64,000 nucleotides of DNA, from positions 39,428 to 103,427 of the forward strand of contig CAIXRA010000003.1 of assembly GCA_903921725.1 (NCBI GenBank), read 5' to 3'. The position numbers and the translations under genes were made by a program. The notes under the pieces are model-generated. The model saw nothing but the letters and a program-made list of their open reading frames with translations. It was not told the origin of the DNA and ran no database searches. Below, in pieces: positions 25,949 through 34,409 of this stretch. This DNA comes from an uncultured Lentisphaerota bacterium (lineage in GTDB: Bacteria; Verrucomicrobiota; Lentisphaeria; Oligosphaerales; CAITYL01). Positions within the stretch are counted from its first letter, which is position 1. Each line of letters starts with the position of its first letter.

Positions 25949-26011
25949 GTCTGTTCCCCTTGTGCCGGTTCCAGGCCGGTCGGATTTTCCCTGCGCGTCA
26001 TCCCGTTGCCG

Positions 26012-27382
26012 TCACATGATTTCCCGAAGAAGACCACCGGTTTCCTTGGCCGGGATCGCGTTGTCGGCGAACGGCGACACTGCCATCTGCGCGCCCTGCG
26101 GCGTCGGCAGTTTCGCGTTGCCGTCAATCCCGAGCAGTTCGTACATGCTGCCGATGAGGTCGCACGGATAGATGGGGCGCTCCACCACCGTCTCGCCGTG
26201 CTCGTCGGTTTTTCCGACGACCGTGCCGCCGCGGAAGCCGCCGCCGGCCACCAGCGCGGAGAACGCCTTGCCGTAATGCCCGCGGCCGCCGTTCCACGGC
26301 GCCTCCCACAGCACCTTCGGCGTCCGCCCGAACTCGCCGCTGACCCAGACGATCGTGCTGTCAAGAAGCCCGCAGGCGGCCAGATCCTGCAGGAGGGCCG
26401 AAACCCCCTTGTCGAGATCGGGCAGCTTCTGGCCCATGCTCTGGAAATGCTGCTTGTGGGTGTCCCATCCGCCGTGATTGATGGTGATGAACGGCACACC
26501 GCGCTGCACCAGCCGCCGGGCCAGCAGGCAGGACTGGCCGAAGCGGCTGCGGCCGTAGCGGTCGCGCACCTCGGGTTTTTCCTCGCTGAGGACGAACGCC
26601 TTGCCGGCGTCGCCCAAAATCACGTCGTAGGCCTTCCGCTGGCTGGCCTCCACGGCCTGCACCGCCGGATCGGCGCCCCTCTCCTTCGCGAAGGAGTCCA
26701 GCCCCTCCAGCAGTCCCCGGCGTTCCCGCTGCCGCGCTTCGGTGATATTTTCGGCGACGACGCCCTCGACCGCAAACGGGTCGCGGCTCGGGTCGCCGCC
26801 CGTCGAGAACGGCTTGTACTTCGAGCCGAGGAAGCCGGATTCGGAGAAACGCCCCTGCGGCGAGGTCACCGTGATGTACGGCGGCAGCATCCCCTTGTAG
26901 CCGCCGTTGTACCCCTTGAAATAGGAAGTGACGGCGCCGATGCCGGGATAGACCAGGTTCCCGCCGGCCTTTTGGCCCGTCTGAACCATGTATGTGGCCG
27001 TCTCGTGGCTGCCGTTGCCGTGGGTCATTCCCCGGAGCAGCGCGTACTTGTCCGCCATCTTCGCCAGGAGCGGCAGCATCTGGCAGAGCTGGATGCCGGC
27101 GACGTTGGTGGCGAGCGCCTTGTTGTACGGGCCGCAATAGTCGCGCCCCGCGTCGGGCTTTGGGTCGAACGTGTCCAGGTGCGACGGCCCGCCCCCCAGC
27201 CAGATCTGGATGACGGCCTTCGCCTTCCTCCCGCGCGTCGGTGCCGGAGGCGAGGTTTCTCCGGCGCAGGCCCGCAGCGTCAGCCAGTCGGCCATCGCCA
27301 GTCCGGCCGCGCCGTACATCCCGTACCGCAGGAAGTCGCGCCTCGAGATGCCGTTTTCCCCGGATGTCCTGTTCCTGCTCAT
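26012..27382 (-). CDS. DUF1501 domain protein (sulfatase-like fold, Tat signal)
   Basis: Twin-arginine leader SRRDFLRYGMYGAAGLAMA and DUF1501-type core (WDTH, GEFGRTP). Confidence 0.85.
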   Translation of the reverse strand: MSRNRTSGENGISRRDFLRYGMYGAAGLAMADWLTLRACAGETSPPAPTRGRKAKAVIQIWLGGGPSHLDTFDPKPDAGRDYCGPYNKALATNVAGIQLCQMLPLLAKMADKYALLRGMTHGNGSHETATYMVQTGQKAGGNLVYPGIGAVTSYFKGYNGGYKGMLPPYITVTSPQGRFSESGFLGSKYKPFSTGGDPSRDPFAVEGVVAENITEARQRERRGLLEGLDSFAKERGADPAVQAVEASQRKAYDVILGDAGKAFVLSEEKPEVRDRYGRSRFGQSCLLARRLVQRGVPFITINHGGWDTHKQHFQSMGQKLPDLDKGVSALLQDLAACGLLDSTIVWVSGEFGRTPKVLWEAPWNGGRGHYGKAFSALVAGGGFRGGTVVGKTDEHGETVVERPIYPCDLIGSMYELLGIDGNAKLPTPQGAQMAVSPFADNAIPAKETGGLLREIM

Positions 27383-27436
27383 GGCTCGTTCCTTTCCCGT
27401 TTTGACGCCCGGACGGATCCGGCGGTTCCGTGCCGG

Positions 27437-29176
27437 TCAATGCTTCAGGATGAATTCCTTGGTGTTGAGCAGCGCCCATGTCAGGTCGAATACCGCAGCT
27501 GCCGGCTGGCGTCCGGGTGCTTTGAGGTAGGCGAGCGCGGTCTTTTTTTCGTCCGCCGCCGGGAAGCGGGAGAGGATGCGCAGGTACAACTCCTCCACCA
27601 GCAGTTTCTGCCGGTCCGGTTCCACCACCATCGGCTTGCGGATGCCGCCCGGCACTATTTTCGCCTCCCGCACCGTGACCCCGTTCTTGCCTTTTCCCTG
27701 CTGTTTGGCGGCGGGCGGTTCCTTGGCGGGGCGGGGCGGGACCGGCCGGACCGATGTCAGCTGCCGCAGCACCGGACTCTGTTCAATCTTCTTCTGGATG
27801 TGGCTGGAGTTGAGCATGTGCTGGGCCTGGAAGACGGAGGAGGCCGCGCTGCGTTCGGACTCGAACGAGCTGTTGCGCGGCGGACGGCCGAACAGCTCCA
27901 GGAAGGAGGACTCGACGCTGCCGTCCGCCAGGCAGATTGCGCGCAGGTCGCCGGGGAGGAAGGTGAACGGTTCGGGAATGTTGCTGGTGTAGCGCTCGCC
28001 TGTGCCCAAGACCTGGTTGACCGCATCAAGCAGCGGCTCCGCGTCAAGCCGCCGGATCCGGTAACGGGAAAAGCCCTCCATATCCGCCGAATTCCAGGCG
28101 TCCGGGGTTGACGAAAGCTGGTAGGTGTTCGAGTTCAAGATGATGCGATAAATATGGCGGATGTCGTACTTGTGGTCGACCAGCTCTTTCTCCAGGTACG
28201 CGAGCAGCTTCGGGCTCCACGGCTTGTTGGACGGTGCCAGGTTGTCCGGTTCGTGCACGATTCCGCGCCCGAGCAGCCAGAACCAGACCCGGTTCACGGC
28301 GTTGCGTGCGAACCACGGATTCTTCGGGGAGGTGAGCCAGTCGGCGAACGCCGCCCGCGGATCGGCGCCGGGGGCGAGCCTGAGTGGACGCCCGCCCAGC
28401 GGCGTCGGGCGCACCGGGTCGCCGCCCTTCGGATCGGCCAGCTGCCCGTCCGGGTTGAAGAAGACAATCTCCTCCTTCCACTCGTCCGTGTTCTTGTAGC
28501 CGATCTTGGCGAAAAAAGCGGAGAACCCGAGAATCTGCTCCTCCGTCAGTCCGGCGTCGCCGAGGCGGACGCCCATGAAGACGAGCGCGGCGTTGTCGGC
28601 GATCTGGCGCGGTGTCCGTTCCTGGAAGGCGCGGTAGAAATTCGCCGGCGGATTGCGGAAATTGCTGCCGCTGGCGGTGAGCAGTTCCCGCGCGAACTGA
28701 TCGCACGGCATGTTGGCCCGGATGCAGGTGCGGATCCAGCGGTCATAGGCCTGCACCGCGTTCGGCCAGAGATTGCTGGGGAATTCCGATTTCAGCCGGA
28801 GCAGATCTTCCCAGCGGAGCGCCAGGTAGTCGGCGAATTCCCTGCGGGCCAGCAGATCGTCAATCAGGCGGCTGCGCTTGCCCGGGCTCGTGTCGGCAAG
28901 GAATTTCCGCACGTCAGCGGGCGTCGGCAACGTGCCGGCGGCATCCAGGAAGACGCGCCGCGCAAAAACCTCGTCCGTGCATCTTTCCGAGGGCGGAATC
29001 CCGCGCGCCTTCAGTTCCGCTCCCACCAGCTGGTCGATGCGGCTGTCGGAGTCGGCGAGGAGGGCGAAGCGCTCCGGCGGCGGGTTCGCGTCGGCAGCGC
29101 GCGCCACCTGCGGTTGCGGTGCAAAAAGAAGAAGAACCGTCGCCATGGCGGCGGTCATGTGCCAGCGGTATGTCAT
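27437..29176 (-). CDS. DUF1549/DUF1553 domain protein (PSD1-like)
   Basis: IDQLVGAELKARGIPPSERCTDEVFARRVFLDAAGTLPT (DUF1549) and C-terminal LYLRILSRFP...DLTWALLNTKEFILKH (DUF1553). Start at ATG 29176 (MTYRWH plus hydrophobic leader); the longer track ORF would overlap the rubrerythrin gene. Confidence 0.85.
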   Translation of the reverse strand: MTYRWHMTAAMATVLLLFAPQPQVARAADANPPPERFALLADSDSRIDQLVGAELKARGIPPSERCTDEVFARRVFLDAAGTLPTPADVRKFLADTSPGKRSRLIDDLLARREFADYLALRWEDLLRLKSEFPSNLWPNAVQAYDRWIRTCIRANMPCDQFARELLTASGSNFRNPPANFYRAFQERTPRQIADNAALVFMGVRLGDAGLTEEQILGFSAFFAKIGYKNTDEWKEEIVFFNPDGQLADPKGGDPVRPTPLGGRPLRLAPGADPRAAFADWLTSPKNPWFARNAVNRVWFWLLGRGIVHEPDNLAPSNKPWSPKLLAYLEKELVDHKYDIRHIYRIILNSNTYQLSSTPDAWNSADMEGFSRYRIRRLDAEPLLDAVNQVLGTGERYTSNIPEPFTFLPGDLRAICLADGSVESSFLELFGRPPRNSSFESERSAASSVFQAQHMLNSSHIQKKIEQSPVLRQLTSVRPVPPRPAKEPPAAKQQGKGKNGVTVREAKIVPGGIRKPMVVEPDRQKLLVEELYLRILSRFPAADEKKTALAYLKAPGRQPAAAVFDLTWALLNTKEFILKH

Positions 29177-29481
29177 GCGGCCCCCGTGTGAAGAAAATCC
29201 ACAACCCCCGTGCTTTGAACGCGCTGAATTGGTTTTTATTATACGGCGGATGGAAAGTTTTTCACGGTGAGGCAAAAGAAGAATCTGAGCCGGCGGCGGC
29301 GGAACGGGCAAAAGTGGCACGCTCCGTCGCGTCGCGCCGTGCCCGGGCAACGTGGTGACGCGGCCGCGCTTCATGCGGGCTTCATGCGAGAGCGCGCAAG
29401 ATTTGCAAGGCCGTCTCCGGCCGCTTATTGTAGGACATGCGGAATTCGTGCGCAGGGGATCCCTGCCGTATGCCAACCACA

Positions 29482-29501
29482 AGTGCTTGTCGATAAGCAC
29501 T
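29482..29501. promoter_or_regulatory. 20-bp near-perfect palindrome AGTGCTTGTC/GATAAGCACT, candidate operator
   Basis: 9 of 10 positions are symmetric. It ends 20 nt upstream of ATG 29521, just 5' of the GAGGAGG ribosome-binding site. Confidence 0.4.
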
Positions 29502-29520
29502 AAACCGAGGAGGGTTTGCC

Positions 29521-30156
29521 ATGATGAAGCGCTGGATGATCGGGATGCTGGGGATTGCGACACTACTGGGGATTGTGGGCGGATGCGGAAAACCGACGGC
29601 GGCTCCGGGGGCTTCCCCCGCCGCCACGCTGGCCAACCTGCAGTCGGCGTACAACGGCGAGTCGAACGCCAGCGCGCGCTATGAGGCGTTTGCAGTCAAG
29701 GCCGACGGTGAAGGCTACAAGACCGTCGCGTCGCTGTTCCGTGCCACCGCCCGTTCGGAAGCAATCCACGCCAAGAAGCACGCCGCCATGATCGTCAAGG
29801 CCGGCGCCGTTCCGAAGTACAGTCCGGAAGCGCCCGAGGTGAAGGCGACAAAGGAAAACCTCGAGGCGGCCGTCAAGGGCGAGACCGGCGAGAAGGACTC
29901 CATGTATCCGGAGTTCATCAAGCAGGCGGAAGCCGACAAGAACGGCGGAGCCGCGCTCACCTTCAAGGGGGCGATGGCCTCCGAGGCGTCGCACGCGGAA
30001 CTCTTCAAGACCGCGCTGGCTGGCTTGGAATCCTGGAAGGCCGGCGACAAGGAGTTCTACGTCTGCCTGGTCTGCGGCTACACGACCATGGACTCGGCCC
30101 TGGTGAAATGCCCCATCTGCGCCGCGCCGCGCGAGAAATTTGAAACGGTGAAATGA
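29521..30156 (+). CDS. rubrerythrin with lipoprotein-type signal peptide
   Basis: Leader MMKRWMIGMLGIATLLGIVGGC (lipobox-like LGIVGGC). Diiron ligands GESNASARY, RSEAIHAKKH, GETGEKDSMYP, SEASHAELF. C-terminal rubredoxin-like CLVC...CPIC. Confidence 0.85.
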   Translation: MMKRWMIGMLGIATLLGIVGGCGKPTAAPGASPAATLANLQSAYNGESNASARYEAFAVKADGEGYKTVASLFRATARSEAIHAKKHAAMIVKAGAVPKYSPEAPEVKATKENLEAAVKGETGEKDSMYPEFIKQAEADKNGGAALTFKGAMASEASHAELFKTALAGLESWKAGDKEFYVCLVCGYTTMDSALVKCPICAAPREKFETVK

Positions 30157-31493
30157 GACGGGCCGCGCTTTACGTCCTGCTTGCCGGCCAGGCCGTCGTC
30201 ATCCTCGGCTTCTGGGCGTGGAACCATGTCCAGCATCCGTTGGGGAGCCTCCTCACGGGCGAACTGGCGGGGCAGTTGCTGGCGTATGGCCGGCTGGCGG
30301 GGCTGCTGGCGGCCTTCGGCGTGCTTCTGCAGCTGGTCCTGGCCGGCCGCATCGGCTGGGTCGAGCATGTTTTCGGACTCGACCGCCTCCTCCGCTTTCA
30401 CCGCATCGCCGGGTTCTCCTTGGTTCTGCTGCTCATCGCGCATCCCGTTTTGTTGGCGTTCGGGCACGCCATGCAGGCGGATGTGGGAGTGCGGGAGCAG
30501 TATATCGATTTCCTGCGCGAATGGAGGGGCGTGGCCGCCGCCGCGGCCGGGCTTGCGCTCATGCTGGCCGCCGTGGGGCTGTCGGTCGCCATTGTGCGGA
30601 GGCGGCTGCGCTATGAGGTCTGGCATGCCACGCACCTGACGTTCTATGTCGCGATTGCGCTGGCGTTCGGGCACCAGCTCGCCGTGGGCAGCGATTTCAC
30701 GGACAACCGGTGGTTCGCCGGTTACTGGGTGGCGCTTTACGCGTTCACCTTCGGGAATCTGGCCGTCTACCGCCTCGTCCGCCCGCTGTTGCTTTTTGCG
30801 CGCCACCGCTTCACCGTGGAGCGCGTTGCGTCCGAGACCGGCGAGGCCACCTCCGTGTACATCGGCGGCCGCGCCATGGAACGGTTCAAGGCCGAGGGCG
30901 GGCAGTTCGTCCTGGTCCGTTTTCTGGCGCCGGGCTTCCGCTGGGAGTCGCATCCGTTCTCGATTTCGCAGCCGCCGGACGGAGTGCGAATTCGGCTGAC
31001 CATCCGGCACCTGGGGGATTTCACGCGGCGGATTCCGCAGCTCCAGCCCGGCACGCGGGTGATCGTGGACGGCCCGCACGGCGTCTTCACCGCGCGCCGC
31101 TGCCGTGCGCCCAAGGCGCTGCTTATCGCGGGCGGCATCGGCATCACCCCGCTCCGCGCCATGGCGGACGGGCTGCTGGCCGCGGGGCGCGACGTCGTCC
31201 TTCTCTACGCCAACCGCAGCCGGGAGGGAATCGTGTTCCGCGAGGAGCTGGAGAGGCTGGCTGCGGTGGCGGGTGGGCGGCTGCGCGTCGTCCATATCCT
31301 GAGCCTGGATCCGGACTGGCCTGGGGAGACGGGGCAGCTCGACGGGCGCCGGATTGCGCGTCTGGTTCCGGATGCGGCGGAGCGGGAGGCGTTCCTCTGC
31401 GGGCCGCCGCCGATGATGAAGGCCCTGCGCGCCGCACTGGTCAAGCTCGGCGCGCCGCGGGCGCGCATCCATTACGAGCGCTTCTCCATGTAG
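30153..31493 (+). CDS. ferric-reductase-like transmembrane flavocytochrome (NOX/FRE-type: 6-TM bis-heme domain + FAD + NAD(P)H domains)
   Basis: Paired His in TM helices (FHRIAGFSLVLLLIAHP; HATHLTFYVAIALAFGH), FAD motif HPFSIS and NAD motif IAGGIGITP. The ATGA overlap with the rubrerythrin stop indicates translational coupling. Confidence 0.85.
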   Translation: MRRAALYVLLAGQAVVILGFWAWNHVQHPLGSLLTGELAGQLLAYGRLAGLLAAFGVLLQLVLAGRIGWVEHVFGLDRLLRFHRIAGFSLVLLLIAHPVLLAFGHAMQADVGVREQYIDFLREWRGVAAAAAGLALMLAAVGLSVAIVRRRLRYEVWHATHLTFYVAIALAFGHQLAVGSDFTDNRWFAGYWVALYAFTFGNLAVYRLVRPLLLFARHRFTVERVASETGEATSVYIGGRAMERFKAEGGQFVLVRFLAPGFRWESHPFSISQPPDGVRIRLTIRHLGDFTRRIPQLQPGTRVIVDGPHGVFTARRCRAPKALLIAGGIGITPLRAMADGLLAAGRDVVLLYANRSREGIVFREELERLAAVAGGRLRVVHILSLDPDWPGETGQLDGRRIARLVPDAAEREAFLCGPPPMMKALRAALVKLGAPRARIHYERFSM

Positions 31494-31525
31494 GATCCGG
31501 GCGCGCGCTGCGGCCGGTGGCCGGG

Positions 31526-32749
31526 TCAGTTCTTGAACTCGACCTCTTCGACGATTACATGCCCCTGCGTCGAGCGCTCCATCTCCACCCAGATGCAGGA
31601 GGAGGGCGCCTTCATCGTCAGCGGGATTTCGACCCAGCCGGTTTTCCTTGTTGACGGCAGTGTTTTCGTGGCGATTACGTTTCCGCGCGCCTTCGACGTC
31701 CCGTCATAGAGAGTGATGGTGGCGGGCATTCCCGAGTCGTTGTTCCATGTGTCGCAGCCAAAGATGAAAATTCGGAATGTCCGGAGCGTCGCCTCGAAGG
31801 GGAACATGAAGCAGGCAGGGGGCGGCCTTCCATGCCAGCCGACCGAGAACGGACTCACCTGGTGCTTCTGCGAGACCTTTCCGTCGGTCAGTTTCGAGCA
31901 CTGCGGATCATCGAGCGTCGCGGACACATAGCTGTTGTACTCGTTGTAGTAGTAGGTCATCGGGGTGGATTCGTCGCTGTAAACCGCCGTCGAGCCGCCA
32001 TTGTTTCCGTTGGCATGGCGGGGGGTCTTGTAGAAATATTTGACGACCTTTTTCTGATCGTCCCACCGGAAGAATTTGGGAGCCGGCCCGATTTCTATTT
32101 CGGGGACGGCGGTCTCCGCCCCGGCTTCGCCGCCACCCTCTTTTTGCGCCGGGTTGGGGGTTTTCGTGTTGGCGGCACCCGGGACCGGTTTGGGCGGAGG
32201 CGTGATGGCGGGGGTTTCCTTGGTGTCCGGTGCCGGGGTGGTTTTCCAGCCCGCCTTTGCGTCCGCCAGAAGCGCGTCAAAGCTGATGTCGCCGACGTTG
32301 CGGTTCTTGGCCTTCATCAGCTCGATCAGGGCCATTTCGTTCTCCGGCTGCACGAAAAGGACGGCACGGAGGAACAGGAGGCGCTGCCGCTGCGGACGTT
32401 TCGTGTCGGCCGCCGCTTTCAGCAGGAGATTGACGTATGCCGCGCCGCCGTCCGCCAGCTTGACGTTTTCCAGGGGGAGGCTCTCCTCCAGCTTTGCCTG
32501 GAGCATGAGCGCCTTGCGGCTTTCCGGAGAAAGCGCCAGGGCGAACTTGAGCAGCCCTTCTCCGTCGGCGCTCACCCGCGACTCCCGAAGCTTCGCCGTC
32601 GCGATCACTACGGCGCCTTCCGCGAGGCTTTGCAGCTCCGCATCCGCCGCCGGCTTCGCGGCGGCCGGCTTCGCCGCCGGAGCGCCCTGGACGGCCGCCG
32701 ACACAAGCATGGACAGCGCCGCCGAAAAACAAACCATTATTCGTCGCAT
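31526..32749 (-). CDS. secreted hypothetical protein (helical N-domain, P/T-rich linker, beta-rich C-domain)
   Basis: Signal peptide MRRIMVCFSAALSMLVSAAVQGA, linker TPAPDTKETPAITPPPKPVPG and a C-terminal roughly 180-aa domain rich in aromatic residues. Confidence 0.6.
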   Translation of the reverse strand: MRRIMVCFSAALSMLVSAAVQGAPAAKPAAAKPAADAELQSLAEGAVVIATAKLRESRVSADGEGLLKFALALSPESRKALMLQAKLEESLPLENVKLADGGAAYVNLLLKAAADTKRPQRQRLLFLRAVLFVQPENEMALIELMKAKNRNVGDISFDALLADAKAGWKTTPAPDTKETPAITPPPKPVPGAANTKTPNPAQKEGGGEAGAETAVPEIEIGPAPKFFRWDDQKKVVKYFYKTPRHANGNNGGSTAVYSDESTPMTYYYNEYNSYVSATLDDPQCSKLTDGKVSQKHQVSPFSVGWHGRPPPACFMFPFEATLRTFRIFIFGCDTWNNDSGMPATITLYDGTSKARGNVIATKTLPSTRKTGWVEIPLTMKAPSSCIWVEMERSTQGHVIVEEVEFKN

Positions 32750-32901
32750 GCAATCACATCCTTTAATAACGTTGACCCTTTACAGACCGGCTGGCCGTCC
32801 AACCCCGAAAAACTGGGGCAAGTCACCACCCGCCAGACACCCTGCATAATAATATTCGCAGATAAAAAAGCAAGCGCCCGCATCGTGGGGTGGCCCGCGT
32901 C

Positions 32902-34182
32902 TCAGCGCCGGAAAACCCATTTTCCGCCGACCATCGTCCCCGCCACGCCGCCGCGGCAGATCCGGTTGAGGAACGGCGTGTTCCGCGAGCGGGACCGGAG
33001 CATGTCCGGACCGATGCGGATCTCGCATTCCAAGTCGAGTACGGTGAAATCCGCCGGTGCTCCCGGTTCCAGAAGGCCGAGCGGCAACCGGAGCACGCGT
33101 CGGGGGCCGGTGGTGAATTTGGCGACCAGCTCCAGCAGGGGCAGCACGCCGCCGCGGTATAGTTCCGTGAGGCACAGCGGAACCGCCGTCTCCAGGCCGA
33201 TGACGCCGAACGGCGCCTCTGAAATCGGTCGCGCCTTTTCATCGTCGGAGTGCGGCGCGTGGTCGGTGGCGATCACCTCGATTGTGCCGTCGCGCAGCCC
33301 TTCCAGGATGGCCAACCGGTCCCGCTCGGTGCGCAGGGGCGGATTCATCTTCGCGTTGGTGCCGTGTTCGCAGCAGGCCCGTTCCGTGAGCACGATGTGG
33401 TGGGGCGCGACCTCCGCGCTCAGGGGTATGCCCTCCTCCTTGGCCCAGCGCACAAGGGAGACGGAGCGTGCGCTGCTCAGATGCTGGACATGCACGGGGA
33501 ATCCGAGCTCCGCCGCCAGGATGGCGTCGCGCGCCACGACCAGTTCCTCCGAGCTTGCGGGAATTCCCTTCAGCCCGAGTTTTTTCGCAATTTCTCCCGC
33601 GTGCAGGATGCCGCTGGCCGTCAGCGACATCTCCTCGCAGTGGTCGATCACCGTGATGCCGGCGCTCCGCGCGTTCAGCAGCGCCTCGCGCATGAGTCCG
33701 GCGTCCTGGATGCAGCTGCCGTCGTCGGTCAGCGCGACGGCGCCGGCCTGTTTCAGCGCCGCGGCGTCCGTCAGCTCCCGGCCTTTGCGCCCCAGACTGA
33801 GCGCGGCCGTCTGCAGCACGCGCACGGCACCGACCTCGGCGTTGCGCCGGACCAGCGCGGCGACTACTTCCGGCGAATCGACCGTCGGCGAGGTGTTCGG
33901 CATCGCGACAACGGAGGTGAAGCCGCCCGCGGCCGCGGCGAGCGTCCCGGAGGCGATGTCCTCCTTGTGCGTCTGGCCTGGTTCGCGCAGATGCACGTGC
34001 AGGTCGGTGAACCCGGGGCAGAGTACGAGCCCCCTTAGGTCAATCACTTCGGCACCCTGCATGGCGAATCCCGCCACGTCCGCAATCCGTCCGTCCGCCA
34101 CGCACACGTCGCGCACCCGCTGCTCGTTCGTCTCCGGATTTACCACGAGCGCGCCGCGCAAAATCAGCCGGTTCTCCGTCAT
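32902..34182 (-). CDS. pyrC: dihydroorotase (amidohydrolase superfamily)
   Basis: DLHVHLREPG, NTSPTVD and ATDHAPH motifs. Start at ATG 34182 (MTENRLILRG); the upstream extension of the track ORF is low-quality. Confidence 0.85.
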   Translation of the reverse strand: MTENRLILRGALVVNPETNEQRVRDVCVADGRIADVAGFAMQGAEVIDLRGLVLCPGFTDLHVHLREPGQTHKEDIASGTLAAAAGGFTSVVAMPNTSPTVDSPEVVAALVRRNAEVGAVRVLQTAALSLGRKGRELTDAAALKQAGAVALTDDGSCIQDAGLMREALLNARSAGITVIDHCEEMSLTASGILHAGEIAKKLGLKGIPASSEELVVARDAILAAELGFPVHVQHLSSARSVSLVRWAKEEGIPLSAEVAPHHIVLTERACCEHGTNAKMNPPLRTERDRLAILEGLRDGTIEVIATDHAPHSDDEKARPISEAPFGVIGLETAVPLCLTELYRGGVLPLLELVAKFTTGPRRVLRLPLGLLEPGAPADFTVLDLECEIRIGPDMLRSRSRNTPFLNRICRGGVAGTMVGGKWVFRR

Positions 34183-34409
34183 GCCGCATTCCTTCCTGCT
34201 GGAATTCACCCACAAGGGCCTCGACCTCCAGCACTGTACTACGGGAGCGAGGGAACGGCAACAGCACGGGCGCGGACGGGTTGTGCGGAACCCGCGCTCG
34301 GCTGTTGAAAATTTCCGGGGATGCGGTAGGTTTTGACCGTCGGTGCGGGCGCTGTCCCGCATCCCGTGCAGATCCGTGCGTGCAACCACACCAAGGCAGG
34401 TCCCCTCCC

